Assembly: GCA_050613775.1 (NCBI GenBank)
Contig: JBODTK010000011.1
Location: 806,001 to 870,000 of the forward strand
Length of the DNA: 64,000 nucleotides
Source: Neocallimastix sp. 'constans'
Lineage: Eukaryota
Direction of reading: 5' to 3'
Positions 13,666 to 23,411 of this stretch are shown here, in pieces. Every line of letters begins with the position of its first letter. Position 1 is the first letter of the stretch. The translations under genes were made by a program, and so were the position numbers. The notes beneath the pieces were generated by a model. It was not told the origin of the DNA and did no database searches. It was given only the letters and a program-made list of their open reading frames with translations.

Positions 13666-13834
13666 GTAAATTATTATCATTAGTATTATTATAATTATTT
13701 TTTATTTTCATAGTATTATTATTTAACTTGGGAGAGTATGTTAAATTTACATATTCTTCATTAATACTATTATTTTTATTATAAGTTTGAAGTTTGGTTT
13801 GGTTAACGGGAGTTATCCTTCTCCCATTATTTAG
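8354..13834 (-). CDS. pol: E2 Pol polyprotein (protease, RT, RNase H, integrase with GPY/F-type C-terminus, no chromodomain), expressed by -1 frameshift from gag
   Basis: ORF 8354-13711 (1785 aa), with the frame open up to 13834. Motifs: LDSCAS, MPFGLCNAPATFQ, YIDD, DASKSGIGGVL, TDHKPL, ADALSR, H-CLGH...CHVC, GLDLVGP/TDNGPQF/NGEVE, GDLVLVR...KLDPYYIGPLKI. Confidence 0.96.
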
Positions 13835-13840
13835 TTTAAA
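13804..13840 (-). promoter_or_regulatory. E2 putative -1 programmed ribosomal frameshift: U UUA AAC plus 9-bp hairpin
   Basis: Minus strand AAT TTA AAC TAA a TAATGGGAG aaggataa CTCCCGTTA. The -1 frame reads LNNGRRITPVNQ... without a stop into the pol ATG at 13711. Confidence 0.85.
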
Positions 13841-15135
13841 TTATTAAAGCTATCTCCATTATTATTATTATTATTTACATTAGCTTTGAAATTACTATTA
13901 ATATTTGAACTAGTAGTATTAATATCCTGATTTATTCCATTAGAATTTCTATTAAAATTATTATTTCCAGTGGGAATATTATTCTCATTAAAATTATTAT
14001 TATTTCTATTAGCAATATTATTTCCAGTAAATTTATTATTTTTATTAAAGTAATAATTACTACCATTAAAAGAATTATTGTAGCCATTTTTATTACTATT
14101 ATTATAATAATTGTTATATTTATTACTATTATTATTATAATCAAAATTATTATTATAATTATTACCCATATCATTATTATTCATATTATAAAGATTATTA
14201 TTTCTATTACTACCATTATTTTTATTATTAGGACATTCATAAGCTTTATGTCCTACTTGTTTACATGAGTAACACATAACTGATTTTCTAGCTTTTGGTT
14301 CGTAGTTATTATAGAATCTTCTTGTATCATAAGTATTATTTTGTTGAATTTGTCCTACTCCATGATAATAATTATTATTATTATTAAAACTTTTATTTTT
14401 ATTGTTACTATATCTACCTGGTGTAAACATTCTATTATTGGTGGAGTTTTCATTTATATAACCCATAACATATGATGACGCTTGCCATGAATTATCTAAA
14501 TTATTTCCATGTTCTCTTAAGCTCCTATAAATTGGATGATTTAATAAATTGTTATTATTTTTATTTATGTTGTTTTGATATACCATAACATTCTGAGAAT
14601 TTTTGTTTGTTATAGTTCGTACTTCAGCTTTTTCTGCACGTTCTGCTACTTCGAACGCTTCTGTTAATGTTTTACAGTTGGCCAAAATTACTTGAGAATG
14701 TACATATACCCTATCATGTATAGCATTTAAATAATCATCGACACATATTAATTTTTTATATTCCAAGTCAAGTCGATGATAAAGAGTTAAATAATTATAA
14801 TTAAATCCTTTAATTGTTTCATTTCTTTTTATTTTTAAGGCCTTTAAAATTGAACACTTATCATTTTGAGTAATTTCTAAATAATCTTCAATGGCTCTCT
14901 GGATTTCTTTATATGAGGGAAACCTTTTAACATTATTTCTTGTAGTACATAAAGATTTTAAAAGGTTTTTTATGTCAGCCTCTACTGCGTTCTTTACCCA
15001 AATAAAAATTCTGTTTGGTTCCTCAATGTTGTAAATTTCCATAACATTTTTGAAATCTTCTATCCAAGAATCTATGTCCTTACCATAATTTGCTAAGTAT
15101 GGTAAGTCTCTTCTAATTTTCGAAGCGTCCGCCAT
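13831..15135 (-). CDS. gag: E2 Gag (capsid-like N-terminus, CCHC zinc knuckle, Asn-rich tail)
   Basis: 434-aa ORF upstream of pol with CYSCKQVGHKAYEC. Confidence 0.93.
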   Translation of the reverse strand: MADASKIRRDLPYLANYGKDIDSWIEDFKNVMEIYNIEEPNRIFIWVKNAVEADIKNLLKSLCTTRNNVKRFPSYKEIQRAIEDYLEITQNDKCSILKALKIKRNETIKGFNYNYLTLYHRLDLEYKKLICVDDYLNAIHDRVYVHSQVILANCKTLTEAFEVAERAEKAEVRTITNKNSQNVMVYQNNINKNNNNLLNHPIYRSLREHGNNLDNSWQASSYVMGYINENSTNNRMFTPGRYSNNKNKSFNNNNNYYHGVGQIQQNNTYDTRRFYNNYEPKARKSVMCYSCKQVGHKAYECPNNKNNGSNRNNNLYNMNNNDMGNNYNNNFDYNNNSNKYNNYYNNSNKNGYNNSFNGSNYYFNKNNKFTGNNIANRNNNNFNENNIPTGNNNFNRNSNGINQDINTTSSNINSNFKANVNNNNNNGDSFNNLN

Positions 15136-15199
15136 TTTATCTAATTATTGTTTTAATTTGAAATTATATTCTTATATACTTTTACGCGTATAATAATAT

Positions 15200-15228
15200 T
15201 ATTTTTATTATTGTTATTATTGTTATTA

Positions 15229-15296
<68 letters not shown>

Positions 15297-15610
15297 TCTT
15301 ATTTTATACACTATTACTAAAATATTACTATTACTAAAATATTATTTATTATTATTAATTCTTATTTTATACACTATTACTAAAATATTACTATTACTAA
15401 AATATTATTTATTATTATTAATTATTAATTCACTATTACTAAAATATTATTTATTATTATTAATTATTACTTAATTCACTATTACTAAAATATTATTTAT
15501 TATTATTAATTATTACTTAATTCACTATTACTAAAAATAAAATATTATTTATTATTATTAATTATTACTTAATTTACTATCACTAAAATATTATTTATTA
15601 TTATTATTAA
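15200..15610. repeat. (TTA)n microsatellite and ~46-63-bp tandem repeats in the E2 5' leader
   Basis: Repeated CACTATTACTAAAATATTATTTATTATTATTAATT units. Confidence 0.85.
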
Positions 15611-15910
15611 AATATTATCTATTATTTTTTTTTGTTCTAAATATTATTACATATACTATTAATAAAATATTATTTAATGTTAATTTTTATACTAAACTAT
15701 TACTACTTTTTATTATAATATCATTTCTTAATTAAAGGTTTATTCGTTTTTATACTGGTCCGAATTCCCAGTTGTCTTTAATTACTAATAAAGATGATAA
15801 TAAAAAAAATTAACTATACTAATAATAATTAAAGACTTATTCGTTTTTATTCTGGTTCGAACTCCCAGTTACCTTTAATTATTATTTAATAATAATCATA
15901 ATAATTTTAC

Positions 15911-15954
<44 letters not shown>

Positions 15955-16082
15955 TTTATATATTACTATTATAAAAAAAATTAATTATTTAATTTTAATT
16001 TAATATTAATTATTTAATTGTCTTTATTTTTAAAAAGTGAATATCAATATAAATATAAATTTCATAATATTCTTGGTTTGCA

Positions 16083-16100
16083 CGCCCGGATTCTCCACCA
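16083..16100 (-). promoter_or_regulatory. E2 primer-binding site, complementary to a tRNA-Ala 3' end
   Basis: Minus strand TGGTGGAGAATCCGGGCG, 4 nt from the 5' LTR end; identical to the E1 PBS. Confidence 0.88.
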
Positions 16101-16104
16101 TTTT

Positions 16105-16709
16105 TGATACGATATTTTATTAAATACCGTATATGTTGGGCGTTTGTGCAAAAGGGAATTACTCCAAGAATATTATATTACAATAATTATATTTACTTTT
16201 TATTTATTTATCTTTTATTATTTTATTTATTATATTTTATCATAAAAAAAAAAAATACATGTTTTATTATTATTCATTAAAAAAAAGAAAATATTTATTT
16301 ATAAATTATTTTCATAATTATATTTTTACTAATTTTATAAATTTTATTTATCGAAACACTAAAATTAATTAATAAATATAAATATTCATAACTTTTTACT
16401 TATAACTATTAATTCATATTGTTTAACATTATTTAAAAATTATTTTAATATTAACATCAATTTAATTAAACATTCAATCTCCGTTATAATTAATATAACT
16501 AATTTTACTATATAATCAACAATTCTTTTAATATTTTTAATATTATTATTTAATTTAATATTTTAATAATTATTAATAATAATAAATTATCTTTAATAAT
16601 TTATTTTAAGATTCATTATATAAAATTAATTTTTAATAAATATTTATATTAATAATTTTTCTAAATAATTTTTCTATTATTTTATATTATTTCTACTGGA
16701 CATGCATCA
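16105..16709 (-). repeat. E2 5' LTR
   Basis: 605-bp direct repeat of 7531-8135. Confidence 0.97.
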
Positions 16710-16722
16710 AACTTTCACAGAT

Positions 16723-16794
16723 GGGGTGTTAGCTCAGCGGTAGAGCAATTGACTGCAGATCAATAGGTCTTCGGTTCAAATCCGGAACGCCCCT
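16723..16794 (+). tRNA. tRNA-Cys (GCA), intronless
   Basis: Acceptor stem GGGGTGT/ACGCCCC with discriminator T. D arm GCTCAGCGGTAGAGC, anticodon arm ATTGA-CTGCAGA-TCAAT, T loop GGTTCAAATCC. Confidence 0.97.
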
Positions 16795-16802
16795 TTCGAT
16801 TG

Positions 16803-16810
16803 TTTTTTTT
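16803..16810 (+). terminator. Pol III oligo-T terminator of tRNA-Cys
   Basis: T8 run 8 nt downstream of the tRNA. T runs are common in this genome. Confidence 0.55.
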
Positions 16811-17609
16811 CTATTATTATTATTATTATTTGGAAAAAAAGAAAAATTTTTTTTTTTTTTTTTTTAGTGTTTTTTTTGAATCCTAATCCTTTCTTAAAAT
16901 TCCTTTTTTATATTATTTTTTTTTTTCTATTTTTTCTAATTTTTTTCCAATTTTTTTATTTTTTTTTAATTAAAATTTTTATTAAAAAAAAAAACATATT
17001 TTATATATATATATATAAAATTAAAAAAAAAAAAAAAAAAAAATAATAATAATAAAAATAATATAAATAATATTAAAAATATATTTATATATAAAAAAAG
17101 AAAATAAATAAATAAATAAATAAATAAAAAATAAAATAATATATCTATATGTTTATGTAATATCTAGTAATTTTTTATTTTCTATTTATTTACTATTTAA
17201 TTAAAATATCATATATATTTTTATTTTTTTATTTTTTTCTTTTTTTTTTTTTTTTCGTAAAAATTTTTTTTTTTTTGATAATTTTTCATTTATTTTTTTT
17301 TTTTTTTTTTATTAAAATAAAATAATAAATTTTAAAAATCATAGTAAATTTTAAGAAACATTTCCGTTAAAGTTAGTGAAATTTATTTTACAACAATTTT
17401 AATTAATCATCTATTTTAATACAATAATTTATTTATGTACATCTATCTAATGATTCATTTTATGATAATAATAATAATAATAATAATAATAATATATAAT
17501 ATAATGATATTAAAATTATTATATAGAGAAATTTATAAATAATTTAAACCTTTTTCTCTTTAATTGATTATTCACGCTTTGGTAATGCAATCCGCAGTAC
17601 TGTATTGTA

Positions 17610-17648
<39 letters not shown>

Positions 17649-18305
17649 TTAAAAATAAAAATAATTTTTTGGATGATGATAACATTTGTTAAGTCAATTA
17701 AAAATTATACCTATTATAATACTCTAATAATATGCATATGCACATATAATTTTTTTTTTTTTTAACTTTTATTATATTTATGTAATATATTAAAAGTATA
17801 TTTTATTTTATTTATTATTTATACACTTTTTTTTTTTTTTTTTTTTTTTTTACATTTTATATAATATATAAATTTTTTTATAATTAAGTTTAAAAAATAA
17901 TAAATAATAATAATATAAAAATTTAAAGATTAAAATAATAGGAATAAAGAATAAAGAAATCTCATATGACAATTTTTTAAATTCTTTAAATATATAAATA
18001 TAATAAAATTGGAGTTTAAATCATTTATTTTTTTTATTTTATTTTTTTTTTTTTTTTATGTTTAAAAACTTGATAATAAATTATAATTTATTAATACTAT
18101 CTTCATCTTTGATATAATAATAATAATATAATTAATAATATTAATAATAATAACATTATAATAATAAATATTATTGTTATAAATTTTTATTTGTAATTTT
18201 ATATTATATTATAGGAGATTTATTATTAATTATTACCAAATAAATATTATTTTTAATTTTTTATGGTTAAATTATAGTTAAATTATAGTTTTTAATTAAT
18301 TTTTA

Positions 18306-18360
<55 letters not shown>

Positions 18361-19031
18361 TTTCCCGTTCATAATTTTGATAATTAATATAAAAAAATAA
18401 AATTATAAAATTTAAAAAATATAAAATGAAAATATAAAAAATATAAAATGAAAATATAAAAAATATAAAATGAAAATTTTAAAAATATAAAATAAAAAAA
18501 AAAAAATATTAAATATTATATGTATATAAATTAAAACAAAAGAAATAATAGTTGAAAAAAAAAAAAAATTAAAAAATAAAAAGAAAATATAATAATTTAT
18601 TTGAACTAGTACTTGTTTGATTTTAATTTATAAAGATTTATATATTGGAATATCATTATAAAACCATTCTAATCATTATATATCTTTTTCTATATATGAA
18701 TTTATATATATATATATAATTATTACTTTTTTTTTTTATTTCATTGAAAATAATATAAAAAAAAAAATTTAAATTACTAAATAATATAAATTATTATTAT
18801 TATTATTATTATTATTGTTGTTGTTGTTATTATTACATACACTAATATAAATAAAATAAAATAAAATAAAAAATTAATATTTCTTTTTAAAAATAATAAT
18901 AAAAACAAAAAGTAAATTTTTTTATAACATTAATAATAATTATATTATATATACACATATATATATATATAAAGAGAGAGAGAAAGAGAGAAAAAAGTTA
19001 TTGAAAAAGAATAATTCTTCTCCCATAAAAT

Positions 19032-19300
19032 ATGGATATAGTATCAAAATTGAGATTAAAAGGATTTATATTATTTGCCTATTTTGTAGGAATGATGTTA
19101 ATATTTATAGATGGTTATAATAAATATACTTCAAAACCTCATATCACGAGTACTGATTACTACAACCGTTATCGTAATAATTCCACTCAAGCACCTTATG
19201 ATAATAATAATAATACTAATAATACCATAGTTGATAATTCCATTATACAAAATACTACAAATATTAAAAAGTATTACCTTATTAAGGTAAAATTTATTAG

Positions 19301-19307
<7 letters not shown>
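19032..19307 (+). CDS. Small hypothetical protein, or first exon, with an N-terminal hydrophobic anchor
   Basis: 91-aa ORF that is more GC-rich than its flanks, with TM-like FILFAYFVGMMLIFI. A possible donor AAG|GTAAAA lies at 19286/19287; I found no convincing downstream exon. Confidence 0.4.
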
Positions 19308-19347
<40 letters not shown>

Positions 19348-19578
19348 ATGAATAAGAATAAATTAGAAAAAAAATAAAATGTTTAAAATGAATGAAAATT
19401 AGATTTATAAATAACAAACAAAACAAATACCATGGAAAAATAATAAAATAAAAATGGAAAAAAAAAATAGAAATTAAAAAGAAATTATGATTAAAATATT
19501 AAACTCCAATTAAAAAAAAATAGAATGAATTGTAATAATAATTAATAATAATGAAGAAGAAGAAGAAGAAGAAGAATT

Positions 19579-19677
19579 AAATTTTTGATTTCTACATATT
19601 AATATAATTTTGTGGTAATGATGAATGAAATTTTTGATTTCTACATATTAATATAATTTTGTGGTAATGATGAATGA
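19579..19677. repeat. 49-bp tandem duplication
   Basis: AAATTTTTGATTTCTACATATTAATATAATTTTGTGGTAATGATGAATG x2. Confidence 0.9.
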
Positions 19678-19695
19678 GATTGTACAGTAAAAGAA

Positions 19696-19730
<35 letters not shown>

Positions 19731-20584
19731 AAGGAAAGAAAATAAAAGATGAAAGAGAAAGAGAGAAATTTTCTGTTTATGAATACTCTATACAAAATGT
19801 ATATAATATATATAATTGGATATATATAAAAATAAATATTTATTTCATTAGAATTGTGAAAGTCTACATATATATTGAATAAAGAAACTAGAGGGAAATA
19901 TTTTTTTAAAATGAAAAAAAAAAAAAAAAAATAGAAAAACCCCGAAATTTAGAGCAACTGATGATTTATTTTGATGGAGATGAAAAAGAAGAAGAAAATA
20001 TATTATCTTATTTTCTTTATATATATATATATAAAGTTTTCTTTCTGTAAAGAAATCTAATACAAAATATGATGAAATAAATCATTAATAATTTATATAT
20101 AATGTATATAATGAAACAAAACATCCATTTTTTATAATAGAAGAAAAAAATTTTTTTTTTCTTTCTTTCTTTCTTTCACTATGATGTAATCTTCATTTGT
20201 ATTATAAATCAATCAAATTTGAATCATTTCCAAAGAAAAAAAAAAAAAAAGTTTAAAATCAATAAATGGTTTATTAATTTTACATAAAACTTTAAATTAA
20301 TTAATAAATTTAGAATAGAATAATATAAAAAAAAATTTATATATATATATATATAAATATATATGTTTTTTTTCTTTTTATTAATAATTAAATATCTATA
20401 AATAATATTTTATAAAAAAAACTTGACAATATGTTCATGTATAATTTATGCTGATATTATAAAGTATTATTAATGATATAAATAAAGAATTCTTTTTTTT
20501 TTTTTTTTTTTTTTATTTATTTTTTTTTTTTTTTTGAATATCTGTAAAAAACTATATATACATATGTATATATATATAATAAAG

Positions 20585-20615
<31 letters not shown>

Positions 20616-21240
20616 TAATAATATTAAAAAAAATTAAAAAATATTACTATCTTCTAAAATTAATAAAATAAAAAATTTGTAAGTAATCATAATAAATATA
20701 CTATCAAAAGAAATTTATTGCTGTTTTTCGTAATATTGAGATTTTATATCATTCAATTTTTATATATAAAGTTTTTACCTATAATAAATCTATTATAAAT
20801 ATTAAACATATACATGTATGTATAAAATATAATAATAAAAAAAAAAAAAAAGAAAAAAGAAAATATTATAAAATAAAAAAAAAAAAATTATTTTTATCTT
20901 GATAAAAAATAATTAAATAAAATTAAAAAAAAAAAAGATAAAAAATAAAAAATAAAATAAAATAAAAAAACTTTCAAATAATATTTTACTTATTTACAAA
21001 TTTTTTTTAATTTTATTAAGTAATATTGAGATTGAGTATAAATTATATACATATTAATTATGATACAATCCTTTTTTAATTTTTTTTTTATAAAAATTAA
21101 AAAAAAATACAATAAAATAAAATAAAACAAATAGTAGAATATAAATATAATTAAAGTAAAGATTAAATTGGAATCTTAATAATAATTATGTAAAAATGTT
21201 AAAATCCATCAAATGATATATTATTATTTTAATAATAATT

Positions 21241-21277
<37 letters not shown>

Positions 21278-22769
21278 TTTTATCTCCCATGTATTAAAAA
21301 AAAAAAAAAATTTTTTTTAATATCTTATAATTAATTTTTAAAAAAAAAAAAAAAAAAAAAAGAAAAGTAAAAGTAAAAATAAAAATAAATATAAGAAAAA
21401 AAAACTTTATTAATAGAAAAATAATATATTTGAATATTTGAATATAATATATAATAATATATAATATGATTGTCTCTTTAGTTGTAGATATTATTAATTA
21501 TTATTAAAAGTTTTAATCTGGTGGTAATAAAAAGTGGTGAAATATTGTAATTTAAATTTTTTTTTTTTTTTTTTTTTTTTGGTTCTTTTAGATCTAAATG
21601 TTTATTAAAAATATATATATAATAAGACTTTTAAAAAAAAAAAAGCTTTTTTAAATTTAATAATTAATAATAATAATAAAAAAAATTACTAATAATATAA
21701 ATTAGAAGGAAATGGTTAAATAAAATAATCATAATAAAAGAATATATATATAAATATATTTGTATTAATGCTACCTAATTATATATATAATTTAATATAA
21801 TATATATATATACTTAATTATAATATATATATATATAAACCTAATAATCTTTTTAAATTATTGAATCAAAAAAAAAAAACATTATTTTAAATATATAAAA
21901 AAAAATTATCTCTTAATATTTTAATCATTTATAAAAATTAATAATTTAATAAATTTTATATATATCTTTTCATATATATATATATATATTTATTATAATT
22001 TTTATTAATCTTTAATTTTATTATACATATCACATATATAATAAATATTTTTAAAAATTTTGTCTATTTTATAACCTAATTTATTGATTATTTATTTAGT
22101 ATTCAAATTGTATTCATATTCTATGAGTAAATTATAATAAAAAAAAATATTATATGTATATTATTGTTAAAAAAAAAAAAATATTTGTCAATTAAAAAAA
22201 AAAAATATTTTGCCAATTTTTTTAATTATATAATTCTATTTTATTTATTAAATTTTAATTTTAATTTTAATTTTTTTTTTTTTTTTCTATACTTTTATAA
22301 ACATATTTTCTGCATGGTTATTTACTTCATTATTTTTTAAATTTTTTTTTTTTTTTTTTTTAAAAAATAAATTTAAAAAATAATGAAGTTTAATAATATT
22401 AAAAAAAAATGAAAAGAAAAGAAAAGAAAGAAAAATAAGAAAAAATAAGAAAAAAAAGAAAAGAACTTACAAATTTATATATTACATTTACATTCAATTT
22501 AATAAAATAAAATAAAATAAAAGAACTATTAATATTAAAAATAATAATAATAATAATAAAAAATAAAAAAAAAAAAAACTGATAAAAAAAATTTTTTAAA
22601 ATCAATTTTTTTTTTTTTAAATTAATGAATTTTAAAATTTTTAAAATTTTTAAAATTTTTAAAATTAAAACTTTAATCAATAAATTTCATATGAATTTAT
22701 AATAATAAGATAATCAAAACTTAATAAAAATACAAAAATATATATATATATATAAATATTTTATTATTT

Positions 22770-22805
<36 letters not shown>

Positions 22806-23411
22806 AAAAATACTGATCATGATAATATGATTATTTTAAAATATATATATATATATATATAAAAAAAAAATTATAATTTTAAGTATAAAATAATTAATAT
22901 ATTTTTAAATTTTAATTTTATTTAATATTTTTTATTTTTATTTTAATTTTTTTTTTTTTTAATTTTATTTTAGTTTTATTATTTACACATATACATATAT
23001 GATTATTATTGTTATTTATTATTTATTATTTTTTATAATTTTTTATTTTATTTTTATTATAATATATCTGATATTTGGTATTCTCGTAAACTTTAAATCT
23101 ATTTAATAAAAAAAACAAAAAAAAAAAACAAAAAAAAAGATTTTTTTTTTTTTTCATTCTTTGGGGTTTTTAATCTTGTTTTCTGCTTTCATTTATTTTT
23201 ATTATTATTATTTTTTTTTTTTTACTTTATTTTTTTATTATTTTCATTTAATATATACCATACTTTTTATATTTAAATAATAAAAAGAAAAAATAAGAAT
23301 ATAAAAAAAAATAAAAAAAAAAAAAAAATAAAAAATAAAAAGGAAGGGAAAAAGAAATATTGAAAAAATTTAACAATAATAATAATAATAATAAATATAA
23401 TAATAATAATA

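Larger units (their letters stand above)
7531..16709 (-). mobile_element. Full-length, apparently intact Ty3/Gypsy LTR retrotransposon E2 (9179 bp)
   Basis: Two 605-bp LTRs, a 4-bp TSD AACT (7527-7530 / 16710-16713), PBS, and uninterrupted gag and pol ORFs in PR-RT-RH-IN order. Confidence 0.97.

Noticed and set aside
15211..15474. Poly-Leu ORF
   Set aside because: Translation of a (TTA)n microsatellite and tandem repeats.
16083..16142. Tf1-like self-priming suggested by GGGCGT/ACGCCC pairing between the LTR and the PBS edge
   Set aside because: The PBS is an 18-nt tRNA-like complement including CCA and is identical in two elements with different LTRs, which favours tRNA priming.
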